64,000 nucleotides of DNA from Candidatus Bathyarchaeota archaeon RBG_16_48_13 (GCA_001775995.1 MEZH01000001.1:25460-89459); one strand, 5' to 3'; positions 19,279 through 28,511 are shown, numbered from the stretch's first letter. Made by a program: numbers and translations. The notes: generated from the sequence alone by a model not told the origin.

Positions 19279-19817
19279 GGTGTAGTGACCACCAATGGTA
19301 CGATGAAGACCCGAGGGTGATACAATCTACCTATAATACTCATGTCACCAAAGAGCGCATTATTACCTGGATGATATACAGAAGACCTAGCAGATTTTAT
19401 TACGAAGCCAACAGGATTCCCTAATCTAGATGAGTGAACAGCATAAGTCATGATGAAGTTTAGTCCGTCCGCTTCCATGACGCCACCAATATTCATTCCA
19501 ACAGTGTTCTTGACGCCTTTCGATGAAGCGTACTTGCTCAGTTCAGAGATGCTTACAAATGTGGCGTTAGTTCTTTTCGCTATTTTTAGTGCATCATTCA
19601 ATCCGTGATCTGCATGGTCATGAGTCACCAAGATGTAATCCACATCGGACATGTCTGCACTCTTTAGTGGCGCCTTTGGATTTCCCGTGAGCCGTGGATC
19701 AATCAGAGTCTTCTTGTTGTTTAAGGTCATCTCAAAGGCAGCGTGTCCGAGCCAGATTGTTTTTTCCAACTTCCCGCCTTCCTGAAGATTAAACTCCCAT
19801 GAAAAATCATGGATCAT
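19266..19817 (-). CDS. MBL-fold metal-dependent hydrolase (UPF0173-like), N-terminal part before a frameshift
   Basis: 183 aa with LVTHDHADHG. Ends in out-of-frame residues (VFIVPLVVTTPWVQ). The family continuation IGGHYTMGP lies in the adjacent frame. Confidence 0.75.
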   Translation of the reverse strand: MIHDFSWEFNLQEGGKLEKTIWLGHAAFEMTLNNKKTLIDPRLTGNPKAPLKSADMSDVDYILVTHDHADHGLNDALKIAKRTNATFVSISELSKYASSKGVKNTVGMNIGGVMEADGLNFIMTYAVHSSRLGNPVGFVIKSARSSVYHPGNNALFGDMSIIGRLYHPRVFIVPLVVTTPWVQ

Positions 19818-19878
19818 TAATAACTATTTATCTAGGTCAATTATATACGACCAATTGTACAGAGCAAGGTGGTTTTAA

Positions 19879-20778
19879 TTGCTTTCTGAGGATATCGTTA
19901 AAAAATACATGCAGGCCGGCCATATTGCCTCAGAGGTAAGAAACTCAGCAAAGCAGTTGGTAAAAGCTGGAGCCCAGATCATAGATATTTGTGAAGGGAT
20001 CGAGAGACTCATAAGAGCAAAGGGAGGAAACTCTGCTTTCCCCTGCAACGTCTGCATCAACGATATAGCAGCTCACTACACATCGCCTCCCAAAGATAAC
20101 CACGTCGTTCCGCCTGACTCCATAGTCAAGGTCGATTTGGGGGTGCATATCGATGGTTATATCGCGGATACGGCAACCACCATATGTTTGGATAGGAGGT
20201 ACGAAGACCTTTTTGCGACAGCTCAAAGAGCTTTGCAGGCTGCCATAGTCGAGATTCAGCCTGGAACAAAGGTCTCCAAGATTGGGTCAGTGATCCAGAA
20301 GACCATAGAATCCAATGGTTTCAAGCCTATATCGAATCTCTCAGGCCACAAAATGGATCAGTATATTATTCATAGCGGAAAGTCGATACCTAACGTTGGT
20401 CAGATGAATGGTACCAAGACCGAAGAATGGGAGGTTTATGCAATAGAACCTTTCGTAACTATGAATGACGCAGCTGGTCAGGTCAAAAATGGAAGGGATT
20501 CTTACATCTACAGATTCTTGAGAGATCGAAAACCAAAAGGGATAGAAGCAAAAATCCTGCTTCAGAAGATACGATCATCCCAAAGAACATTGCCATTCCC
20601 AGAGAGATGGCTTTATTCCGGAACATCCGACGGTCAGAGGAGGGCCTTTTTGGAGATTCTAGCCTCCAAGAGCATTATGGCCTATCCAGTTCTGATCGAG
20701 GCGAGTGGAAGTCTTGTGGCCCAAGCTGAGCACACAGTTCTCATAAAGAAAGATGAGAGCGTGGTCATAACACTCTAG
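19879..20778 (+). CDS. map: Methionine aminopeptidase, type 2
   Basis: 299 aa with a TTG start. Pita-bread metal ligand context: VKVDLGVHIDGYIADTA, NLSGHKMD, YAIEPF, AQAEHTV. Confidence 0.9.
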   Translation: MLSEDIVKKYMQAGHIASEVRNSAKQLVKAGAQIIDICEGIERLIRAKGGNSAFPCNVCINDIAAHYTSPPKDNHVVPPDSIVKVDLGVHIDGYIADTATTICLDRRYEDLFATAQRALQAAIVEIQPGTKVSKIGSVIQKTIESNGFKPISNLSGHKMDQYIIHSGKSIPNVGQMNGTKTEEWEVYAIEPFVTMNDAAGQVKNGRDSYIYRFLRDRKPKGIEAKILLQKIRSSQRTLPFPERWLYSGTSDGQRRAFLEILASKSIMAYPVLIEASGSLVAQAEHTVLIKKDESVVITL

Positions 20779-21212
20779 GCCTGTGATTTGGCCTTTTCGT
20801 CTTCCTGTTGATATATTGCAGTAATCATCAAGCTGTCTGCAGAGCATCGTGGACACAATTCAACGACCTTGAAGACGTGATCACCCTTCAAGAACTTGCG
20901 TAAGTTCTTAAATCCGCACTTGGCACATTCCAAGACTGAAACGACTTCAGATTTCTGAACCATGGCGGTTATGGCCTCAGTTCTTCGCCTCATCTGAAAT
21001 AGCATATATCCTGAGGTGGCTAAACCCATGGCTGCAATCAATGTACTAGTCATAAACTCGTCCATTAGACCCTCTTGATAGAATATTATTGCCCTGAAGA
21101 GGAACCACATTGAGACCACGAAAATCAGTAGAATTATCAAATAGAATGTGGAGAAGGTGTTGATGCCTTTCTTCTTTTGTGGTTGTTGTTCGGTCATGTT
21201 CAGCCTCCTCAT
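20775..21212 (-). CDS. Membrane protein with C-terminal zinc ribbon (hypothetical)
   Basis: 145 aa, two hydrophobic helices followed by CAKCGF...CPRCS. 4-nt overlap with the upstream DUF1512-like ORF. Confidence 0.5.
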   Translation of the reverse strand: MRRLNMTEQQPQKKKGINTFSTFYLIILLIFVVSMWFLFRAIIFYQEGLMDEFMTSTLIAAMGLATSGYMLFQMRRRTEAITAMVQKSEVVSVLECAKCGFKNLRKFLKGDHVFKVVELCPRCSADSLMITAIYQQEDEKAKSQA

Positions 21213-22351
21213 TGTGCCACACCGAGTGTGTTGCCAATCCCCGCAACAATAATAGTATCACCCTCTTTAGTCTTCTCGGCAATCAGTCTTCTCACGCGTT
21301 TGATGGAATCATCAACGCCGTCTATTAGACTCTTCTTCATAGCAGATATGGATTCTACCATGGATTCTTTTATGACAACAGCATTCACAGGGATTTTATA
21401 CTTCGTTAGAACCTCTTCTATCTTGAATTTATCTACTCCTGGTCCGCCTATAGCTGCACCAATGCCTTCAAAGGCTTCTCCGGACTTTTCACCTTCGAGT
21501 TTCAATCCTGCATCTATCATTATGAGCATTGCTATTTTTCCGTTCCGCTCTTCTATCAGGTTGACTATACCGTCTCCAGGCTTGCCAACTGTCCCCCCCG
21601 GTCCTTCGGCCTTCAATACAAGGAGAGCCCTGCCGTCCATAGGCACCTCAGCCATGACCGTGTCTTTTGCAACTTTTCTGGTAGGCATACCATGCATTAG
21701 TTTTCCAGCTACCATGGCTCCCGCAGCGTCACCTATGGGTTGTCCCGCTGCGATGGCTTCTGCGGCTTTGGAATAGCTCTCAGCCATCTCCATGATTAGG
21801 GGCATTGACATTTGGAGTTGCATGATTGAATAAATACTCTTTGTCCTCTTACCTTGCACATAATAGTGTCTTACTACCCTGTAGAACGTGTTTAGGGCCG
21901 CAGCAACTTCTACAGAGAGACTATAATTGTTGATCTGGATATCGTTAGCAGAAGGTGTAATCAGCCGAATATCCTCTTTGAACCTTTCTTCCTCCAAAGT
22001 TATCAAGTGGTCAAGTTTTCCGACTATACCCGCTGGGTCGAGTGAGACAGGTTCTATTAGGAAGAATTCCATCATGCGATCAAGTCTAGCCATCATGTCG
22101 TCGCTGGTCTTACCGGTGTCCTTCAAGGTATCTATGGTGATCTGTTTTGTCTTGTCTCTCATGATTTTCAGCTTATTGAGAGATTTCTCAATATCCCAGA
22201 GCCATGTTCGAACCTGAAGCTTGTTACCGTATAGAAGGAATATTATGAAAAATAGTGGGTAGGCGACCTGGAAGAGGAGATTAATAAGCTGGGAGACCTG
22301 GTCTGTGGGGGCAATTTGACTGATGAATGACATTCTTTCTACATTCTCCAT
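21209..22351 (-). CDS. Conserved archaeal membrane-anchored protein (DUF1512-like by recollection)
   Basis: 380 aa with an N-terminal TM helix and a long soluble domain. Size and architecture fit the archaeal DUF1512 family. Not verified. Confidence 0.45.
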   Translation of the reverse strand: MENVERMSFISQIAPTDQVSQLINLLFQVAYPLFFIIFLLYGNKLQVRTWLWDIEKSLNKLKIMRDKTKQITIDTLKDTGKTSDDMMARLDRMMEFFLIEPVSLDPAGIVGKLDHLITLEEERFKEDIRLITPSANDIQINNYSLSVEVAAALNTFYRVVRHYYVQGKRTKSIYSIMQLQMSMPLIMEMAESYSKAAEAIAAGQPIGDAAGAMVAGKLMHGMPTRKVAKDTVMAEVPMDGRALLVLKAEGPGGTVGKPGDGIVNLIEERNGKIAMLIMIDAGLKLEGEKSGEAFEGIGAAIGGPGVDKFKIEEVLTKYKIPVNAVVIKESMVESISAMKKSLIDGVDDSIKRVRRLIAEKTKEGDTIIVAGIGNTLGVAQ

Positions 22352-22444
22352 TGACGGACAGAAAAGAGAAGTAACCGTTTGATTTTATGATTTTCCATTC
22401 ATAGGGTAGGGCTCAGAAAGATAAGTCTTTTGGATTATGTTGAA

Positions 22445-22570
22445 GTCGCTCGCCAGAATCCCGGGCCCTCGTAGGCTCTCGCACCACAGGGAAACGGGAC
22501 GTGGTCCTGCTTAGCTTCCGAGTTCGGAATGGGATCGGGCGTTTCCAAGACCCTATGACCGGCGAACGAC
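22445..22570 (-). rRNA. rrf: 5S rRNA, not linked to 16S/23S
   Basis: Reverse complement begins GTCGTTCGCCGG and ends CTGGCGAGCGAC (terminal helix). It contains the universal GATCCCATTCCGAACTCGGAAGCTAAGC block. Confidence 0.9.
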
Positions 22571-22723
22571 AAGAAAGAAACAATACGCTCCTACTTAAAT
22601 ATTTCAGTGTTAACATCTGGATACACCATGGAAGAGTGTTCTTGGACAGGTTTATTGATTCAAGTTCAGCGTGAGGAGGGAAAAAATGTCTATAAAGAAG
22701 AAAAAAAATGCCGGCGTCGGCTA

Positions 22724-23020
22724 TCACTTCTTCTTGGACTCTTTTTCAATTCTTTCGTATATAGGATAGACTTTTTCACTGGTAATGAGCGGATATGTTT
22801 CTCGTTCGGTATAGTTGAATAGTGGATCTCCGTTTATGGCTTCGAAAAGATCAATGTCGCTCTTGACGTCAAATATGATCACTCTTGCTCGTTTCCCTAG
22901 ATATGCGGCAGTGAACTTTATTGTGCCCTGTTTCTCAAGTTTCTTTATATATTCTGCGTGTTCATTCGCCGCTTTGGCAAATTGCTGCAATGGGATCGGT
23001 AATGGCGCATAAGCTCTCAT
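22724..23020 (-). CDS. Small ferredoxin-fold protein, muconolactone isomerase-like
   Basis: 98 aa. FDVKSDIDLFEAINGDPLFNYTERETYPL resembles the MIase pattern FDV.S...L......LP.F......V..L. Weak, from memory. Confidence 0.4.
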   Translation of the reverse strand: MRAYAPLPIPLQQFAKAANEHAEYIKKLEKQGTIKFTAAYLGKRARVIIFDVKSDIDLFEAINGDPLFNYTERETYPLITSEKVYPIYERIEKESKKK

Positions 23021-23116
23021 TAGGTGTAAGAAGAGAATTTTTTATCACCTCCAGCAATCTGCAATTGATGCAAATATGGACTCTACACATATATAAAAAC
23101 CCTGAAGCAGCGGGAA

Positions 23117-23276
23117 TGGTGGGGCCGGTGCGATTTGAACACACGATCTACGGGTTTCCCCGAACGCTCCAGAGTTTCTTCATCCCTGGAGTACAGGTCA
23201 ATCCATTTTATGTACTCTGGAGCCCTTAACGTCAGGTTATGCCTGATGTCGTCATCCCTAGCTAGACTACGGCCCC
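23117..23276 (-). tRNA. Type II tRNA (long variable arm, A73, probably Leu; UAA anticodon tentative) with large intron(s), CCA encoded
   Basis: Acceptor GGGGCCG/CGGCCCC, 3-bp D stem GTC..GAC, variable hairpin GGG-AAA-CCC, T arm GTGTG TTCAAAT CGCAC. About 72 extra nt, including a perfect 10-bp inverted repeat GCTCCAGAGT..ACTCTGGAGC. Confidence 0.6.
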
Positions 23277-23396
23277 CCGCCATCATCTCCGTAGTCATAC
23301 AACTGTGAAATATATAACTTTACCACTTGATCTTGAAGAAAATGAGAATCATGAAAGACATAAATATGATTATGGATTGGTTCTTTGTTTGGGAGG

Positions 23397-23506
23397 GGGG
23401 CTGTCTGCTAGTCTGGTCTAGACATTATGGGATTAGCTTCGTGGCTTGGGTGCATATAGGCAAAGAAACCACGAGATCGCCGGTTCAAATCCGGCCGGCC
23501 CCACCA
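23397..23506 (+). tRNA. tRNA-Pro(UGG), two introns (D arm ~14 nt; canonical ~17 nt), CCA encoded
   Basis: GGGGCTG TC TGCT AGTCTGGTCTA G[intron]GCT T CGTGG CTTGGG[intron]A CCACG AGATC GCCGG TTCAAAT CCGGC CGGCCCC A CCA. Confidence 0.8.
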
Positions 23507-23517
23507 CATCAGTATAG

Positions 23518-23606
23518 AGCCTCGGGTGGGATTTGAACCCACGATCAATGGCTTTCCTTAAGATATCGTACAAGGCCATCGCTCTGCTGGGCTAAGCTAC
23601 CGAGGC
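23518..23606 (-). tRNA. tRNA-Thr(UGU), one canonical ~15-nt intron, no encoded CCA
   Basis: GCCTCGG TA GCTT AGCCCAGCA GAGC G ATGGC CTTGTA[intron]A GCCAT TGATC GTGGG TTCAAAT CCCAC CCGAGGC T. Confidence 0.85.
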
Positions 23607-23709
23607 ACATGAGAGAACAGATTCAGCAAACCTTTTAAATTGTTCGCATCCATCACACAACTTACTCTGGACCAGAAAGCGTAGAAACGTTTTCTGGCAA
23701 ATAGTGTGT

Positions 23710-23860
23710 GCCGAGGGGCCTTATAGGCCGGGGTTGGTCTCCGACTACCGAAAGCTCAGCCTGGTTAGATGAGTGACCTCAAACCAAAGCGCCAGACCTC
23801 TCTATGAGAGGAGCGTTACTCATAATCTGGAGATCGTGGGTTCGAAACCCACCCTCGGCT
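23710..23860 (+). tRNA. Elongator tRNA-Met(CAU), three introns; 5' end ambiguous (23710 or 23727); no encoded CCA
   Basis: GCCGGGG TT [18] GCTC AGCCTGGTTA GA[19]GC G CCAGA [22] CTCATAA TCTGG AGATC GTGGG TTCGAAA CCCAC CCTCGGC T. A perfectly complementary second acceptor strand, GCCGAGG, lies 17 nt upstream. Confidence 0.75.
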
Positions 23861-23865
23861 TTACT

Positions 23866-24570
23866 TCAAATGATGCTCTTCCTAAGAACATGTACAGTGG
23901 TTTTGTTACCAACGTAGACCTCTGTGGCCATATCTAGGAAAAGCCCTGTTTCAACAATTCCGGGGATCGTCTTGAGTTTGTTTTCGAGGTTTCCCGGTTC
24001 TTTTATGACGCCAAAATCCACGTCAATTATGAAATTGTTATTATCAGTAATGACGGGCCCAACTTTGCCCAAGGACTGCCTTAAGATAGGTTTTCCGCCC
24101 AGTTGTTGGATTCTTTTCGACGATGTCTGTAGGGCGATAGGGAATATCTCAAGGGGAACTGGATGATCTAGAATCGCGGCAATTTTGGTTTCATCTACGA
24201 CTATCAAGAGGTCTTTAGCGGCACTGTCAATAATCTTCTCGCGGGTTAGCGCCGCGCCTCCGCCCTTTATAAGGTTCAGATCTCTAGAGACCTGGTCAGC
24301 ACCATCAATCGCGATGTCTATCTCAGGGTTTTCGTTGAGGGTAGTCAGTCTTATTCCAGATTCAATGGCCAAAAACATCGATTGATAGGAAGTGGGAATC
24401 CCTAAAACATTCAGACCTTCCGTCGCGATTCTTTTTCCGAGTTCTCTTATGGCATAAGCTGCTGTGCTTCCACTCCCCAAACCAACGATTTGGCCATCTC
24501 TAATTCTCTTAAGAGCTTGTTCAACGGCCGCTCTCTTTGCATCCTCTCTCCAGTCCTTCTCAAAGGACAT
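23866..24570 (-). CDS. rpiA: Ribose-5-phosphate isomerase A
   Basis: 234 aa. GLGSGSTAAYAI, DGADQV, KGGGAALTREK. Confidence 0.9.
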   Translation of the reverse strand: MSFEKDWREDAKRAAVEQALKRIRDGQIVGLGSGSTAAYAIRELGKRIATEGLNVLGIPTSYQSMFLAIESGIRLTTLNENPEIDIAIDGADQVSRDLNLIKGGGAALTREKIIDSAAKDLLIVVDETKIAAILDHPVPLEIFPIALQTSSKRIQQLGGKPILRQSLGKVGPVITDNNNFIIDVDFGVIKEPGNLENKLKTIPGIVETGLFLDMATEVYVGNKTTVHVLRKSII

Positions 24571-24572
24571 TC

Positions 24573-25193
24573 TTAGATTCCAGCCTCGGTCTTGTCGAGT
24601 TTTTCGATGAGCTTCAGTACCTCTTCCCTGATATTCTCGATCTTCTGTTCTGTTGGACTCTTAGGAGTTGGTGGCTTAGGCTTTGTCTCCTTTGGCCTAG
24701 TCTTTTCCGACGGAGTCTTGGCAGCCTCATCCTTGGGTTTCTCTTCAGCCACTTCGCTACGCTTTTGCCCCAAGAGGCCACGGACATCGTCGATCTTACG
24801 ATTCAATTCATCTATCTTTTCGTAGAACATCCCGATTAGTTCAGATTGAGTCTCTTCCAGTTTGTATAAGTCTATGACGGACTGACTATAATCTAGTTTC
24901 TCTTCTATCTGACTAAGTTCTTCTTTATACTTCTTGGTGAGGTGGTCCCGTTCACCCTCGCTTATCTTTCCTTCAGCCTCTGCCTCATAGAGTCGCGTCA
25001 AGGCGTAGCTAGTGATCTCCTTCAAGAGGCTGGAGATCTTCAACTCCTCTTTCGCTTGAGTTGCCTCTTCATCTTTGATCGTCTTACTGGAGGTGAATGG
25101 CAATTTCATTCTTGGTTCTTCTGTAATGGGAAGAGTCGTCGACTTTTCAGGCTCTTTCTTTTCTTTTCCGAAATATTTCATTATACGGCTCAA
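24573..25193 (-). CDS. Coiled-coil, Lys/Glu/Pro-rich hypothetical protein
   Basis: 206 aa. Heptad-like central region and a KP/TP-rich tail. Abuts the rpiA start. Confidence 0.55.
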   Translation of the reverse strand: MSRIMKYFGKEKKEPEKSTTLPITEEPRMKLPFTSSKTIKDEEATQAKEELKISSLLKEITSYALTRLYEAEAEGKISEGERDHLTKKYKEELSQIEEKLDYSQSVIDLYKLEETQSELIGMFYEKIDELNRKIDDVRGLLGQKRSEVAEEKPKDEAAKTPSEKTRPKETKPKPPTPKSPTEQKIENIREEVLKLIEKLDKTEAGI

Positions 25194-25410
25194 AGAATCT
25201 GAAACCTCGGCTACAGTTAGGAGTATCCTATCCCGGATTATGTAATTTCTGGAGTAGTTCTTATAAGCGTAATTTCTTCAAATAAAACATTTCTTGTCAA
25301 TGGATTCGTTGGGAGAAAATTGGAAAAACATGGGCAATCCAGTAGGATTGCCGATTTTCGGGGAGGGAAAACATAAAAGCTAATCTATAACCTTCTTGAA
25401 TGTCAAATGT

Positions 25411-25560
25411 GCCCCGGCATCGAGCCTCGGTACCCAAACCTTGGGCGAGAGAGCTCAGCATGGTCAGATGCCTTGAGTGCGAAGGCGGGCTAAAGCGCCA
25501 GCTTGGTATCCATCAACAAAGAGCTGTAGGTCGCGGGTCCGAATCCCGCCCGGGGCTCCA
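25411..25560 (+). tRNA. tRNA-Thr(GGU), three introns; 5' end ambiguous (25411 or 25424); CCA encoded
   Basis: GCCTCGG TA [20] GCTC AGCATGGTCA GA[26]GC G CCAGC TTGGTA[13]A GCTGT AGGTC GCGGG TCCGAAT CCCGC CCGGGGC T CCA. An upstream GCCCCGG is a perfect complement of the 3' acceptor strand. Confidence 0.75.
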
Positions 25561-25930
25561 AGATTTTCCACTTTAATTATGAAGGAAAAAAAGGAAGAAT
25601 AATGATCACATGCCCGTGGAAGGGCACAATACCCGAAAAAGGCTATTCGTAACTACTTTTTCTTTGGTTTTGCTTTTGCTTTCTTCTTGGACATTATAGA
25701 GTTCTCCGACTCGATAATTTTGTAGCTTTTAGAATAAAAAACTTTACATCGAGAAACTGGCCCTAAACCAATTCGAAGAAGAGTTTGGAACCAAACCGCA
25801 CCTTAGACGCATTCTGGAGCGGTATTTGGAAGCTGTTATTTCATAGAAAAAATTTAAAGACTCGTTTTGAGTCAATTAAGCGCCTTTATAGAGGAAACTC
25901 GTCTTTAAGACTTCACAATGAGGAACCTAA

Positions 25931-26764
25931 ATGTACCAGATAGTAGCCGAAATAGAACTGGCGCCTAACATAAAGCAATTCAGAATCAATGCCCCGCTGA
26001 TAGCAAAGAAATGTATGCCAGGTCAGTTCATAGTTCTCCGAACGAACGAGAAAGGAGAAAGAATTCCTCTAACTGTCTTCGAAAAAGATCCCGGGGAAGG
26101 GACGATTACAATAATATTCCAAGAAGTGGGGAAAACTACCAAGGAGCTCGGTAGATTGAGAACCGGGGAGGCCATTCAAGACGTCGTTGGACCGCTCGGC
26201 ACTCCTTCCGAAATTAGAAATTATGGTCAAGTCGTGGCGATAGCTGGCGGAACGGCTGCTGCTGTGGCTTATCCGGAGATTAAGGCTTTGAAACTAGTTG
26301 GAAACAAACTGATAACCATTTTGGGTGCTCGCAGTAAGGATCTCTTAATTCTTGAGGAAGAAATGAGAAAATACAGTGATGAATTATACATAACGACCGA
26401 TGATGGCTCAAAGGGTCACCATGGTTTTGTGACAGATGTTCTCAAGAAGCTTGTTGCTGATGGTAAGAAAATCGACATGGTTCTAGCTATAGGGCCAGCT
26501 ATAATGATGAAGGTCGCTTCAGAGATTACTCGACCTTTCAACATACGGACGATTGTTAGCGTCAACCCTATTATGTTGGACGCTACAGGGATGTGTGGCG
26601 TCTGTAGAGTAAGGGTGAACAACGAGATGAAGTTGGGCTGCGTTGACGGACCGGAATTTGATGGGCACCTAGTGGATTTTGATCAACTTATGGCCCGCCA
26701 AAATATGTATACAGAAAAGGAAAAGGAATCCCTTCACGCATACGAAGCCAAAATGAAAAAATGA
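25931..26764 (+). CDS. FAD/NAD(P)-binding 2Fe-2S oxidoreductase subunit (NfnA/SudB/PyrK-like)
   Basis: 277 aa. Ferredoxin-reductase-type fold with a C-terminal Cys cluster (ATGMCGVCRV..LGCVDGPEF). Followed 14 nt later by a GltD-like subunit. Confidence 0.75.
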   Translation: MYQIVAEIELAPNIKQFRINAPLIAKKCMPGQFIVLRTNEKGERIPLTVFEKDPGEGTITIIFQEVGKTTKELGRLRTGEAIQDVVGPLGTPSEIRNYGQVVAIAGGTAAAVAYPEIKALKLVGNKLITILGARSKDLLILEEEMRKYSDELYITTDDGSKGHHGFVTDVLKKLVADGKKIDMVLAIGPAIMMKVASEITRPFNIRTIVSVNPIMLDATGMCGVCRVRVNNEMKLGCVDGPEFDGHLVDFDQLMARQNMYTEKEKESLHAYEAKMKK

Positions 26765-26777
26765 AAGGTGCAGGATA

Positions 26778-28265
26778 TTGGAGCTAAATAAAATAGACAC
26801 AGGAATTTCAACCAAAGAGATGATATTGAACATAGTACTTTACAAGGAAGACCCAAACTATCCAACAGTCTACAGATATTTTAGAAGACAGGAAATGCCA
26901 AAGCAACCCATAGTAGAGAGGATCAAGAACTTCAACGAAGTTGCTTTAGGTTTTGAGCCGGACCAAGCTATAATGGAAGCGAGCAGATGTCTGCAATGCC
27001 AAGATCCTCAATGTCGAAGGGGCTGTCCTGTTGGCATCAATATCACATCTTTCTGCGGGTATGTTAGAGAAGGAAATTTTGACAAGGCCATCTCAGTGAT
27101 TAGAGAAAGCAACAGTCTTCCAGCAATATGTGGCAGAGTCTGCCCTCAGGAGAGTCAATGTGAAGCTTACTGCGCGATGGGTCAAACAGGGTCGCCTCTA
27201 GCTATCGGAGCTTTGGAGAGATTCTTAGCTGATTACGAATTGAAGAAGGGAATTACGATGCCTAGTATCGCTCCAATTACTGGAAAAAAGGTTGCTGTAA
27301 TTGGATCTGGACCAGCAGGATTGACTGTAGCTGGGGACCTAGCCAAGTTAGGTCACATTGTCTCTATCTTTGAAGCTCTCCACACACCAGGTGGCGTACT
27401 AGCTTACGGTATACCTGAATTCAGATTGCCTAAGTCGATTGTGGCTGCCGAGGTTGACTATGTCAAAAGACTTGGTGCAAAGCTGGAGACTAACATGGTA
27501 ATTGGAAAGATTTTCACAATCGATGAACTCGTTGAAATGGGGTACCAAGCGATTTTTCTAGGGACTGGAGCTGGATCGCCTTATTTTCTTAGTATATCTG
27601 GAGAAAATCTGAATGGAGTCTACTCGGCAAATGAGTTCTTGACCAGATGCAATTTAATGAAGTCATATCTCTTTCCAGAATACGATACGCCTCTGATTGT
27701 GGGAAAGGAAGTTGTAGTGATCGGAGGAGGAAATGTGACAATGGATTCTGCCCGAACCGCTTTGAGGCTCGGGGTGGAGAAGGTACATGTGGTATATAGG
27801 CGATCTGAACAGGAGATGCCAGCTCGAAGAGAAGAGGTTCTGAATGCTAAAGATGAGGGGATACTGTTTAATTTCTTGACATACCCTCTGCGACTCATAG
27901 GCAACTCTAGGGGTTGGGTTGAGAAGGTAGAATGCGGAATGATGGAACTTTGTGAGCCTGATGAAACGGGTAGGAGAAGACCAGTACCGATCCCCAATCA
28001 TAGTTTCACGATAGATGCTCAGACAGTGATCATAGCTATAGGTCAGGGACCAAATCCGCTCCTGTCAAAAGTGACAAAAGATCTTGAAACGGACAGAGAT
28101 GGCCGTTTCATAGCTGACGAATGGGGAAGGACATCAAAGAGGGGCATTTGGTCAGGGGGAGATGTTGCAACCGGGTGGGCGGATGCAACGGTCATCAACG
28201 CCATGGGTACGGGAAAGAGGGCGGCATCTTCAATTCATCAATTCCTGACAACTGGCCAATGGTAA
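26778..28265 (+). CDS. GltD-family NADPH-dependent oxidoreductase subunit (NfnB/SudA-like)
   Basis: 495 aa. The true start is possibly the internal MPKQP. CLQCQDPQCRRGCP and CGRVCPQESQCEAYC Fe-S motifs; VAVIGSGPAGLTVAGDLA and VVVIGGGNVTMD dinucleotide folds. Confidence 0.85.
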   Translation: MELNKIDTGISTKEMILNIVLYKEDPNYPTVYRYFRRQEMPKQPIVERIKNFNEVALGFEPDQAIMEASRCLQCQDPQCRRGCPVGINITSFCGYVREGNFDKAISVIRESNSLPAICGRVCPQESQCEAYCAMGQTGSPLAIGALERFLADYELKKGITMPSIAPITGKKVAVIGSGPAGLTVAGDLAKLGHIVSIFEALHTPGGVLAYGIPEFRLPKSIVAAEVDYVKRLGAKLETNMVIGKIFTIDELVEMGYQAIFLGTGAGSPYFLSISGENLNGVYSANEFLTRCNLMKSYLFPEYDTPLIVGKEVVVIGGGNVTMDSARTALRLGVEKVHVVYRRSEQEMPARREEVLNAKDEGILFNFLTYPLRLIGNSRGWVEKVECGMMELCEPDETGRRRPVPIPNHSFTIDAQTVIIAIGQGPNPLLSKVTKDLETDRDGRFIADEWGRTSKRGIWSGGDVATGWADATVINAMGTGKRAASSIHQFLTTGQW

Positions 28266-28289
28266 ACCGCCGTCATTTCTTATCGCAGT

Positions 28290-28511
28290 TTGAGATTGCT
28301 TCTTGGGTGGAACGATGATTTGAACTGGAACACTCTCATATTAGAGGCAGCCACAGAAGTAAAGCGAAGAGTCACACATCTAGTTGGGACAAATGAGGGC
28401 AGAAGATCTTTTGGAATTGGAGCTGGCGGGGACACCACAAGAAAAATAGACAAGGCTGCGGAAGAAGCGATCGTTGATACCTTGAATTATCAGTGTGCTG
28501 CACCTTTGTGA
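28290..28511 (+). CDS. Inositol monophosphatase/FBPase-family protein, N-terminal part before a frameshift
   Basis: 73 aa ending ...GAGGDTTRKIDKAAEEAIVDTLN, followed by out-of-frame residues. Confidence 0.65.
   Translation: MRLLLGWNDDLNWNTLILEAATEVKRRVTHLVGTNEGRRSFGIGAGGDTTRKIDKAAEEAIVDTLNYQCAAPL

Noticed and set aside
22413-22727. 104-aa ORF
   Set aside because: It overlaps the 5S rRNA gene, and its sequence is explained by the rRNA.
25653-25694. 13-aa Lys-rich mini-ORF (MSKKKAKAKPKKK) on the minus strand
   Set aside because: Too short and low-complexity to support as a gene without expression or conservation data.
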